Of a stretch of DNA of 64,000 nucleotides, positions 56,099-64,000 are shown piece after piece. Source of the stretch: Solirubrobacteraceae bacterium (GTDB lineage: Bacteria > Actinomycetota > Thermoleophilia > Solirubrobacterales > Solirubrobacteraceae); assembly GCA_036264095.1 (NCBI GenBank), contig DATARO010000080.1:14853-78852 (forward strand), in the 5' to 3' direction. A program made the position numbers and the translations under genes. Every line of letters starts with the position of its first letter. The stretch's first letter is position 1. Below the pieces are notes generated by a model. The model was given only the letters and a program-made list of their open reading frames with translations, did not search any database and was not told where the DNA came from.

Positions 56099-56983
56099 AT
56101 GCACGACGAGGCGACCTTCCGCGTCAAGACCGGCTTGGCCGAGATGCTCAAGGGCGGCGTGATCATGGACGTCGTCACGCCCGAGCAGGCGAAGGTCGCC
56201 GAGGACGCGGGTGCCGCTGCGGTGATGGCGCTCGAACGCGTTCCAGCCGACATCCGCCGCGACGGCGGCGTCGCGCGGATGTCCGATCCCGAGATGATCG
56301 CGGGCATCCAGGCCGCCGTGAGCATCCCGGTCATGGCCAAGGCGCGCATCGGTCACTTCATGGAGGCGCGCGTGCTCGAGGCGCTCGAGGTCGACTACGT
56401 CGACGAGTCGGAGGTGCTCACGCCTGCCGACGAGCGCAACCACATCGACAAGTGGGCCTTCAAGGTCCCGTTCGTGTGCGGCGCGACCAATCTCGGCGAG
56501 GCCCTGCGGCGCATCGGCGAGGGCGCGGCGATGATCCGCTCCAAGGGCGAGGCCGGCACCGGCGACATCGTCGAGGCCGTGCGGCACATGCGCCAGATCA
56601 AGGGCGAGATCAGGCGGCTGGCGACCCTGTCGGAGGACGAGCTCGCGAGCGCCGCCAAGGAGCTCGCGGCCCCGCTCTCGGTCGTGCGCGAGGTCGCGGG
56701 CGAGGGGCGGCTCCCGGTCGTGCTGTTCTGCGCTGGCGGGATCGCCACGCCCGCCGACGCCGCGCTGATGATGGCGCTCGGCGCCGAAGGTGTGTTCGTC
56801 GGCTCGGGGATCTTCAAGTCCGACGACCCGCCGACCCGCGCCCGCGCGATCGTCGAGGCCACCACGCACTGGCAGGACGCCGCGCGCGTCGCCGACGCCT
56901 CCCGGGGTCTCGGCGCCGCGATGGCCAGCCTCGAGAGCGCGAAGCTCGAGGGCGACGAGCTGCTGGCACAAAGGGGCTGGTAG
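56099..56983 (+). CDS. pdxS: PLP synthase lyase subunit
   Basis: [40 protein letters not shown]. Confidence 0.97.
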   Translation: MHDEATFRVKTGLAEMLKGGVIMDVVTPEQAKVAEDAGAAAVMALERVPADIRRDGGVARMSDPEMIAGIQAAVSIPVMAKARIGHFMEARVLEALEVDYVDESEVLTPADERNHIDKWAFKVPFVCGATNLGEALRRIGEGAAMIRSKGEAGTGDIVEAVRHMRQIKGEIRRLATLSEDELASAAKELAAPLSVVREVAGEGRLPVVLFCAGGIATPADAALMMALGAEGVFVGSGIFKSDDPPTRARAIVEATTHWQDAARVADASRGLGAAMASLESAKLEGDELLAQRGW

Positions 56984-57558
56984 CGGCCATCCGCCCGCTC
57001 GTCGGCGTCCTCGCGCTGCAGGGGGACTTCGAGGCGCACGAGCGGATGCTCCGGTCGCTCGGCGCAGACACGCGCCAGGTGCGTGTGGCGGCGGACCTGA
57101 CCGGGCTCGACGGGCTGGTGATCCCCGGTGGCGAGTCCACCACGATGACGCTCGGGATCGAGCGCGAGCAGCTGGGCGACCCGCTGCGCGAGCTCGCACG
57201 CTCCGGGACGCCGGTGCTCGGGTCGTGCGCGGGACTGATCATGCTCGACCGGGACCACCTCGGCCTGATGGACATGCGCGCCGAGCGCAACGCGTTCGGT
57301 CGCCAGGTCAGGAGCTTCGAGACCGACCTCGACGTGCGCGGGATCGAGGGCGGCCCGATTCGCGCGATCTTCATCCGCGCGCCGTGGATCGCCGAGAGCG
57401 GCCCGGACGTCGAGGTGCTCGGCGAGCTCGACGGGCATCCCGTCGCCGCGCGTCAGGCGAACATGCTGGCGGTGTCGTTCCACAGCGAGATCGCGGGCGA
57501 CGACAGGCTGCACCGCATGTTCCTGGCGACGTGCGCCGGCTCGCGCAGCGCCGTGTAG
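56980..57558 (+). CDS. pdxT: PLP synthase glutaminase subunit; no canonical start codon at the N-terminus
   Basis: [38 protein letters not shown]. Confidence 0.93.
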   Translation, partial: VAAIRPLVGVLALQGDFEAHERMLRSLGADTRQVRVAADLTGLDGLVIPGGESTTMTLGIEREQLGDPLRELARSGTPVLGSCAGLIMLDRDHLGLMDMRAERNAFGRQVRSFETDLDVRGIEGGPIRAIFIRAPWIAESGPDVEVLGELDGHPVAARQANMLAVSFHSEIAGDDRLHRMFLATCAGSRSAV

Positions 57559-57588
57559 CGAGCTTCGCGTCCGCTGCCGCGAGCCGGC

Positions 57589-58764
57589 TCAGCCCGCCGC
57601 CTGCAACACCAGACCGGGCGCGACCACCCCGGGAAGTCCCAGCTCGCTGCGGATCACGTGCGTGGCGGCGCTCACGCGCGCTTCGGCCAGCAGCACCCCC
57701 CGGCGCCAGGTGGCGAGCGCGAGCCTCGGCGCCCCGGCGATCGCCCTGACGCGCGAGGTGAGCGCGCGGAGCGCGGCGAGCAGCTCGCGCCGCTGGCCGA
57801 GGGTGGCAGGCGCGAGCGCCGCCTGAGCGACCGTCCGGCGCTCGGCGTCGAGGGCGGCGGCGTAGCGTTCGGCGCCGGCGACGACTTCGCCGCGCGGGGT
57901 GCTGCCGTTCCATCTGATGAGAGCGTCGTCGAACGGGAATCGCGCCTGGTCCGCGTCGGCGCAGTCGATCAGGAACGTGGTGGCGGTCGCGGTCAGCTGC
58001 GGCGCCGGCGCGAGTGCGAACGACCCGCCCTGCAGCGGCGTGGGCGCGAGGCTCGTCCCGTTGACGGTCATCCACGTCGAATACAGCCGGTTGTAGCTCG
58101 GCCGCAGCCCGTTGACCTCCACGTCGCTGAAGCGCACGCCGTCCAGCGACGGATACGGCGCGAGCATCCCCGGCGCGAGGATCGGGTCCTCCTGTGTCCA
58201 CTCGGCGAGTTCCAGCGTGGCGGCGGTCTCGTCGCTCGTCGTGACCCGCGCGCGAACGCGACGCGTCTCATCGGCGACCGACACCTGCCAGCTCCCGCCC
58301 GCGCGCACGAGCGTCGCGGAGATCCGATCGCGGGGCCCGACGTCGAACAGGCGCTGCGGGTGGTCGGCGTGCGCGGTGTCGCTCCAGAACGCGAAGTACC
58401 CCGGCCCTTCTTCCCCGCACGGTCCCTCGGCACAGCCCTCGTCGGTGCCCACCTGGATGAACGCGGAGCCCGGCCGGGGTGCCTGCGCGCCGAGCCATGT
58501 CGAAGCGAGCGCGGACGGACTCGCGCTCTCAAGGCGCGGCACCGCCCACTCCGCGCGCAGCGAGCGCACCGGGCCGTAGCGCTGGTAGCCCGCGAAGGCC
58601 CCGAAGCCGGTCGCCGCCGGCGACGGCGAGCACCACGCGCCCCAGCCGGCGAGCGCCACCGCCGCGCCGGTCGCGACCCTGACCGCCGCCGCTCCGCGAG
58701 GCCGCCGGCGCGATCTCCGCCGCCGAGAGCCGGCCGCCCATCCTTGGCGCGCTGCAGTCCGCAT
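57589..58764 (-). CDS. Glutamic peptidase family G1 (eqolisin-like) with C-terminal helical extension
   Basis: FAGY, STWLG, IQVGT (catalytic Q), AEWTQEDP (catalytic E); signal/TM segment. Confidence 0.72.
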   Translation of the reverse strand: MRTAARQGWAAGSRRRRSRRRPRGAAAVRVATGAAVALAGWGAWCSPSPAATGFGAFAGYQRYGPVRSLRAEWAVPRLESASPSALASTWLGAQAPRPGSAFIQVGTDEGCAEGPCGEEGPGYFAFWSDTAHADHPQRLFDVGPRDRISATLVRAGGSWQVSVADETRRVRARVTTSDETAATLELAEWTQEDPILAPGMLAPYPSLDGVRFSDVEVNGLRPSYNRLYSTWMTVNGTSLAPTPLQGGSFALAPAPQLTATATTFLIDCADADQARFPFDDALIRWNGSTPRGEVVAGAERYAAALDAERRTVAQAALAPATLGQRRELLAALRALTSRVRAIAGAPRLALATWRRGVLLAEARVSAATHVIRSELGLPGVVAPGLVLQAAG

Positions 58765-58830
58765 CGAGCGCGCATCGTAAGCGCCGGCGCGCGCGGCCGC
58801 CGGCTGCGTGCGATCGTCCATACTCGGACC

Positions 58831-59679
58831 GTGCGGATCTCGATAGCCGCGGACGAGCGCGCGGGAGTTGCAGGGGACCTCGAGGCGCAGCTGCGCGAGC
58901 GGGGCCATGAAGTCCTGCTCCATGGCGCGCTCGCCGAGGACGAGCGCAGCGACTGGGCCTGGGCGTCCGCGGCGGTCGCGCGCGACGTCGCCTCGGGCCG
59001 CGCGGAGCAGGGTGTCGTGTGCTGCTGGACGGGGACCGGCGCCTCGATCGCCGCCAACAAGATCGCCGGGGTGCGGGCGGCGCTCTGCCCCGACGCCGCG
59101 ACGGCGGCCGGAGCTCGCCGCTGGAACGACGCGAACGTGCTCGCGCTGAGCCTGCGCTCGACCTCGCAGGCACTGCTCGCCGAGATGCTCGACGCCTGGT
59201 TCTCGGCCGAGCCGAGCGCCGAGCCCGATGATCGTGCGAGCGTCGATCACGTAGACACGCTCGGGAGGGGCCCCGGCGAGGTGGTCGTCGCTCCCCAGCT
59301 CTCCGTGCGCGACGGACTCGCGGCGGTCGCCTTCTACCGCCGCGCGTTCGGCGCCGTCGAGCTGCACCGCGCCGGGGGCGGCGCCGCGAACCCGGCGCTC
59401 GTCGCCCAGCTCGCGATCGGCGAGGCGACCTTCTGGGTCGCCGACGAGTCGCCCGAGCACGAGAGCTACAGCCCCGTCGCGCTCGGCGGCGGGAGCGTGA
59501 AGATGCTGCTCTCGGTCGCGGATCCCGACGGCGTCTTCGAGCGCGCGCTCGCCGCGGGCGCCCGCGAGGTGCGCCCGGTCGGCGACGAACACGGCTGGCG
59601 CCTGGGACGGGTCGTCGACCCGTTCGGCCACCACTGGGAGATCGGCCGCCCGCCCGTGCCGTGGCCGCCGGCGAGTTGA
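58831..59679 (+). CDS. RpiB/LacAB sugar-phosphate isomerase fused to a VOC (PhnB-like) domain
   Basis: CCWTGTGASIAANK, ARRWNDANVL; then APQLSVRDGLAAVAFYRRAFGA...VDPFGHHWEI. Confidence 0.85.
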   Translation: MRISIAADERAGVAGDLEAQLRERGHEVLLHGALAEDERSDWAWASAAVARDVASGRAEQGVVCCWTGTGASIAANKIAGVRAALCPDAATAAGARRWNDANVLALSLRSTSQALLAEMLDAWFSAEPSAEPDDRASVDHVDTLGRGPGEVVVAPQLSVRDGLAAVAFYRRAFGAVELHRAGGGAANPALVAQLAIGEATFWVADESPEHESYSPVALGGGSVKMLLSVADPDGVFERALAAGAREVRPVGDEHGWRLGRVVDPFGHHWEIGRPPVPWPPAS

Positions 59680-59711
59680 TCGCTGTTGCCACGCCGGTGT
59701 CGTGAGTTGGA

Positions 59712-60224
59712 ATGTTCGACGACGAACCCGTGACGATCGTCCCGTACGACCCCGCGTGGCCCGAGAGCTTCGAGCGGGAGCGCGCGGCGCTCGCGGCCGC
59801 GATCGGCGATTGGATCGTGGGCGGTATCCACCATGTGGGCAGCACATCGGTGCCCGGTCTCGCAGCGAAGCCGATCGTCGACGTGCTCGTCGGTGTGGCC
59901 AGCCTCGAGGCGGCGCGGCCGTGCTTCGGCCCGCTCGCCGGGCTGCGGTACCTGTACGCCGCCTACCGCGCGGCGGAGATGCACTGGTTCTGCAAGCCGG
60001 ATCCCGCTCGGCGCACGCACCACCTCCACCTCGTACCGACCGATTCGGCGAGATTCCGCGATGAGCTGGTGTTCTGCGACTACCTCCGGCGCGATCGCGA
60101 GGTCGCCGGGGAATACGGCGCGCTGAAGCGCCGCCTCGCGTGCCGGTTCAGGCACGACCGCGAGGCTTACACGGAGGCCAAGACCGACTTCATCCGCGGC
60201 GTGCTGGGGCGCGCACGCGTCTAG
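59712..60224 (+). CDS. GrpB/UPF0157 family protein
   Basis: IHHVGSTSVPGLAAKPIVD, FCDYLR, YGALK, YTEAK. Confidence 0.9.
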   Translation: MFDDEPVTIVPYDPAWPESFERERAALAAAIGDWIVGGIHHVGSTSVPGLAAKPIVDVLVGVASLEAARPCFGPLAGLRYLYAAYRAAEMHWFCKPDPARRTHHLHLVPTDSARFRDELVFCDYLRRDREVAGEYGALKRRLACRFRHDREAYTEAKTDFIRGVLGRARV

Positions 60225-61276
60225 GCCGTCCGGAACGTCACGACGCCGTCGCGTTCGTGTTCCTCGATCACGCCGTCGCGCAGCAGCAGGTCGGCGTGTC
60301 CCAGCACCTCCGACAGGGTCAGGTAGGCCTGCGTCACCGCCACGTTGCCCCACAGCTCGTGGGCGATCTCGTGTGCGCTCATCGGCCGCTCGGCGATCAG
60401 GCGTCCGATCTTCTCGGCGCGGCGCGCGTGCATACGGAACCGTTCGTCGATCAGCTTCGCGTGGTCGGTGATCGGCGCCCCGTGCCCGGGGAGCACGAGC
60501 TCGAGTTCCATCGCGCGGGTTTCGTGCAGTGAAGCCATGTACGTGAGCAGCGCCTTCGGCCGCTCGTGCGTGGCGTCGCCCTCCTCGCCGAGCGGCCGGG
60601 CGAGCAGCGGGTTGGACGAGATGTGCGCGATCAGGTGATCGGCAGCGAGCATCATCGAGCGCTGCTCGTCGACGAACACCGTGTCGGAGGGGCTGTGGCC
60701 GGGGCGGTGCAGGACGCGCAGCTTGCGCTCCCCGAGCACGAGCTCCGACCCAGGCGCGAGCGGCCGTGTCACCTCGACGGCCGAGCCCCAGGCGCGAAAC
60801 CCGGCCGAGACGGCGCGCAGCGCCGTCACCACCTCCGCGGGGATCCCGTGGCGCAGCATGATCTGCTCCGCGAAGCGGTCTTCCAGGTCGGTCTCGCGGC
60901 CGTAGTCGGCGAGGAACGGCGCCAGCGCGTCGAGCGCCGCCACCTCCGCGCCCGAGCGCCGCGCGAGGATCGACGCGAGTCCGAAGTGGTCCATGTGCTG
61001 GTGGCTGATCACCAGCAGCTCGATGTCCTCGATCGAGTGCCCGTGGGCGGCGAGCGCCTGCTCGAGCTCGTCGAGCGCCTTGGCGGAGTTGGGTCCTGAG
61101 TCGATCAGCGTGAGCGGCGAGTCCTCGATCAGGTACGCGTTGACGCGACCGACCATGAACGGCGTGGGGATCGCGAGCCGGTGGATGCCCGCGGCGGCGG
61201 CCCGCTCCAGCGCGCCGGCCTCGGCGTCGCGCCGGAGCGTCTCCTCCGTGCCCTCCGGCTGCGGATCGGCGCTCAC
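60221..61276 (-). CDS. MBL-fold metallo-hydrolase
   Basis: SHQHMDH, PGHS, AADH, PGHG; GTGA overlap with the pmm stop. Confidence 0.9.
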   Translation of the reverse strand: MSADPQPEGTEETLRRDAEAGALERAAAAGIHRLAIPTPFMVGRVNAYLIEDSPLTLIDSGPNSAKALDELEQALAAHGHSIEDIELLVISHQHMDHFGLASILARRSGAEVAALDALAPFLADYGRETDLEDRFAEQIMLRHGIPAEVVTALRAVSAGFRAWGSAVEVTRPLAPGSELVLGERKLRVLHRPGHSPSDTVFVDEQRSMMLAADHLIAHISSNPLLARPLGEEGDATHERPKALLTYMASLHETRAMELELVLPGHGAPITDHAKLIDERFRMHARRAEKIGRLIAERPMSAHEIAHELWGNVAVTQAYLTLSEVLGHADLLLRDGVIEEHERDGVVTFRTA

Positions 61277-62694
61277 GAGCGGATCAGCTCGAGCACCTCG
61301 TCGCGGCGGCGTTCCATGTCCTCGCTGGACACGAGTGACTCGAGGCACAGGCGCAGCAGCGGCTCGGTGTTCGACGGGCGCACGTTGAAGTGCCAGTCGT
61401 CGTAGTCGATCGAGATCCCGTCGAGCTTTTCCTGGCGGGCGTCGGAGTAGCGCGCCTCGATCTCGGCCATCTTCGCCGCCGGGTCTGCGACCTCGGAGTT
61501 GACCTCGCCGCTGATGAAGTAGCGCGCGCGGTAGGGGGCGAGCAGCTCCGACAGGCGCTTGCGCTCGCGGGCCAGCAGCTCGAGCACGAGCAGCGCCGGG
61601 ATCGTGCCGGAGTCCGCGCAGAAGAAGTCGCGGAAGTAGTAGTGCCCGGAGACCTCGCCGCCGAACAGGGAGCCCTCCTTGCGCATGCGGGTCTTGAAGA
61701 AGGCGTGGCCGACGCGGTTCACATATGGGACGCCGCCGGCAGCGCGCACGGTGTCCGCCACCGCGCGCGAGGCGCGTACGTCGTACAAGATCGCCTCACC
61801 GGGGTGCCGTGAAAGCAGCGACTCCGCCAGCAGCGCGGTCAGGAAGTCGCCGTCGACGAAGCGGCCGGTGTCGTCGATGAAGAAGCAGCGGTCGGCGTCG
61901 CCGTCCCACGCGATCCCCAGGTCGGCGCCGGTCTCGGTCACCTTCTCGATGATGAAGCGGCGGTTCTCTGGCAGCAGCGGGTTCGGCTCGTGTTCGGGGA
62001 AGTTGCCGTCCGGGACCCAGAAGGTCTCCACGAGGTCGAGCTGCAGGCTCTCGAGCAGCGGGCCGACCATCGGCCCCGCCATCCCGTTGCCGCCGTCGAC
62101 GACGACCGTCAGGCCGCGCTCGGCCGCCGCGCGGATCACATCGGCGTCGATGAACGACAGCGCCGCCGCCCGGAAGTCGCCGGAGATGTCGAGCTGCTCG
62201 ACCGCGCCGCGCTTGCCCGCGGCTGTGCCGGCGGGAGGGGGGCTGCCGTTGGCGGAGATGTCGTCGGCCTCGATCAGACGGCGGATGTCCTGGATGCCGG
62301 AGTCGCCGGAGAGCGCCAGCGCGCCCTCCCGCACCAGCTTCGCGCCGGTGTACGCCTTGGGATTGTGCGAGGCGGTGCACATCAGGCCCCCGTCGAGCCG
62401 CCGTGAGCCGACCAGGAAGTAGAGCATCTCGCTCCCGACCTGGCCCACGTCCACGACGTCGGCGCCCGCGGAGAGCATGCCCTCGAGGTAGCGCTCCGCG
62501 AGCGCGGGCGCGCTCAGGCGCATGTCGCGGCCGAGACCGACGCGCAGCTCGCCGACCTGCTTGCCTTCGAGTCCGGCGAGGACGCGTACGAACGCGCTGC
62601 CGATGCGCTCGGCGATGTCGCCGTCGATCTGCTCCGGGTAGAGGCCGCGGATGTCATACGCCTTGAAGATCTCGGGCGACGGGGGCGCGCTCAT
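61273..62694 (-). CDS. Phosphomannomutase/phosphoglucomutase
   Basis: FKAYDIRG, TASHNP, DGDADR, GEVSGH, RPSNTEP. Confidence 0.95.
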   Translation of the reverse strand: MSAPPSPEIFKAYDIRGLYPEQIDGDIAERIGSAFVRVLAGLEGKQVGELRVGLGRDMRLSAPALAERYLEGMLSAGADVVDVGQVGSEMLYFLVGSRRLDGGLMCTASHNPKAYTGAKLVREGALALSGDSGIQDIRRLIEADDISANGSPPPAGTAAGKRGAVEQLDISGDFRAAALSFIDADVIRAAAERGLTVVVDGGNGMAGPMVGPLLESLQLDLVETFWVPDGNFPEHEPNPLLPENRRFIIEKVTETGADLGIAWDGDADRCFFIDDTGRFVDGDFLTALLAESLLSRHPGEAILYDVRASRAVADTVRAAGGVPYVNRVGHAFFKTRMRKEGSLFGGEVSGHYYFRDFFCADSGTIPALLVLELLARERKRLSELLAPYRARYFISGEVNSEVADPAAKMAEIEARYSDARQEKLDGISIDYDDWHFNVRPSNTEPLLRLCLESLVSSEDMERRRDEVLELIRS

Positions 62695-62747
62695 CGGGGG
62701 CGCATCCTACGGGGCCTGCAATGCGCGCGCTTCGTAGACTCCGGGTC

Positions 62748-63497
62748 ATGTCGGGGCACTCCAAGTGGTCGAGCATCAAGCACAAGAAGGCGATCGTCGA
62801 CTCTCGCCGCGGTGCGCAGTTCTCCAAGCTCACGCGCGCGATCACGGTCGCCGCGCGCGACGGCGGCGGCGATCCGGTGGGCAACCCGGCGCTCGACCTC
62901 GCGATCCGCAAGGCGCGCGAAGCGTCGATGCCGAAGGACAACATCGAACGGGCGATCGCGAAGGGAACCGGGGAGGGAGGGGATGCCGACGCGATCGAAA
63001 GCGTGCTGTACGAGGGCTACGGGCCCGGTGGCGTCGCGATCCTGGTCGAGGCCTTCACCGAGAACCGCAACCGCACCGGCGCCGATGTGCGGCACGTCTT
63101 CTCCAAGAACGGCGGCAGCCTCGGCGAGCCGGGGTCGGTCGCCTATCTGTTTGACAAGAAGGGCACGATCGTCGTGGACGGCGAGCGTTACTCCGAAGAC
63201 GACCTGATGGTCGCCGTCGACGCGGGCGCGGAGGACATCTCGACCGACGAAGGCGTGTTCGAGGTCGTCACCGACCCGGCTGGCTTCAGCGCCGTGCGCA
63301 GCGCGCTCGAGGAGGCAGGGGTCGAAGCCGAGAGCGCGGAGCTCGCCTACCGCGCCTCGAGCCTCGTCCCCGTCGACGAGGCCCACGCCCGCACCCTGAT
63401 GAGACTGCTCGAGGCGCTCGAGGACAACGACGACGTCAGCGCCGTGCACGCCAACTTCGACGTGCCCGCCGACGTGCTCGAGCGCGTCGCGGGCTAG
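62748..63497 (+). CDS. yebC: YebC/PmpR family protein
   Basis: MSGHSKWSSIKHKK, YEGYGPGG; -10 TAGACT 7 nt before ATG. Confidence 0.95.
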   Translation: MSGHSKWSSIKHKKAIVDSRRGAQFSKLTRAITVAARDGGGDPVGNPALDLAIRKAREASMPKDNIERAIAKGTGEGGDADAIESVLYEGYGPGGVAILVEAFTENRNRTGADVRHVFSKNGGSLGEPGSVAYLFDKKGTIVVDGERYSEDDLMVAVDAGAEDISTDEGVFEVVTDPAGFSAVRSALEEAGVEAESAELAYRASSLVPVDEAHARTLMRLLEALEDNDDVSAVHANFDVPADVLERVAG

Positions 63498-63501
63498 CGC
63501 C

Positions 63502-64000
63502 TTGGCCGCCACGGGGCTCCCGCCTGTTGCGATCCTCTGCGGCGGCAGGGGCACGCGCCTGCAGGAGCGCACGCAGGAGATCCCGAAGCCGCTCGTCGAG
63601 ATCGGCGGGCTGCCGATCGTGTGGCACGTGATCGGCCTCTACGTCGCGCACGGGTTCGACCGCTTCCTGCTCGCCACGGGCTACCGCGGCGAGCAGATCG
63701 AGGCTTTCGTGGCCGGACAGGCGTGGCCCGACGGCGTGGAGGTGCGCTGCGTCGACACCGGCGCCGCGACGAACACCGGGGGCCGGATCGCCGCGCTCGC
63801 GCCGGCGCTCGCGGGCGAGGAGCGCTTCTGCGCGACGTACGCCGACGGGCTGGCCGACATCGACGTGCGCGCGCTCCTGGCCGAGCACCGCGCCCACGGC
63901 CTGCTCGCGACGATGACAGCGGTGCGGCCGAACCTGCAGTTCGGCGTCGCCGACATCGCCGCGGGCGGCGCGGTCACGGGCTTTCGCGAGAAGCCGCGCT
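63502..64000 (+). CDS. Sugar-1-phosphate nucleotidyltransferase (RfbF-like), truncated by the window end
   Basis: Manual translation from TTG: ILCGGRGTRLQERTQEIPKPLVEIGG...DTG...TGGRI...TYADG. Confidence 0.88.
   Translation, partial: MAATGLPPVAILCGGRGTRLQERTQEIPKPLVEIGGLPIVWHVIGLYVAHGFDRFLLATGYRGEQIEAFVAGQAWPDGVEVRCVDTGAATNTGGRIAALAPALAGEERFCATYADGLADIDVRALLAEHRAHGLLATMTAVRPNLQFGVADIAAGGAVTGFREKPR

Noticed and set aside
101-63977. Many long antisense or alternative-frame ORFs in the track (e.g. 101..1252, 4020..5594, 30024..31664, 40193..41869, 43580..45547)
   Set aside because: Arg/Ala/Gly/Pro-rich shadows of real genes in high-GC DNA, with no motifs or initiation signals.

Overview
A very GC-rich actinobacterial window; gene style suggests Thermoleophilia/Solirubrobacterales (inference). 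It has about 55 CDS and no rRNA, intact tRNA, CRISPR array or transposase. Bases 1-25 kb form a general-stress island: a ctaC(caa3-type)-ctaD-ctaE-orf-qcrCAB respiratory operon, MR/MLE, GH15, SDR, HAD, ferritin-like protein, an ACAD/NodS-MTase/reductase/GT2-GpgS cluster, TPP enzyme, GMC oxidoreductase, DUF1360, PfpI and topoisomerase IB. Up to eight SigB/SigF-type promoters (GTTT/GGTT-N15-GGGTA) precede these units. Bases 25-29 kb hold two Tat-type ferritin-like genes, tatA, tatC and a SigK/RskA-like pair. The matching ECF promoter (TGATCC-N16/17-CGTAGA) occurs three times, once upstream of a furan-fatty-acid-like operon at 50-53 kb. The rest comprises a two-component system with a MacAB-like exporter, signalling genes, lipid metabolism, pdxST, pmm and yebC. 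The most unusual observations are: a heme-copper oxidase lacking the K-proton-pathway residues; a periodic array of four different perfect CATG-centred palindromes; a 166-bp TA-flanked MITE-like element; two genes (topIB, pdxT) apparently starting at NTA codons overlapped by a TAG stop; and an RpiB-VOC fusion. All family calls come from motif recognition by eye; no database searches were run.
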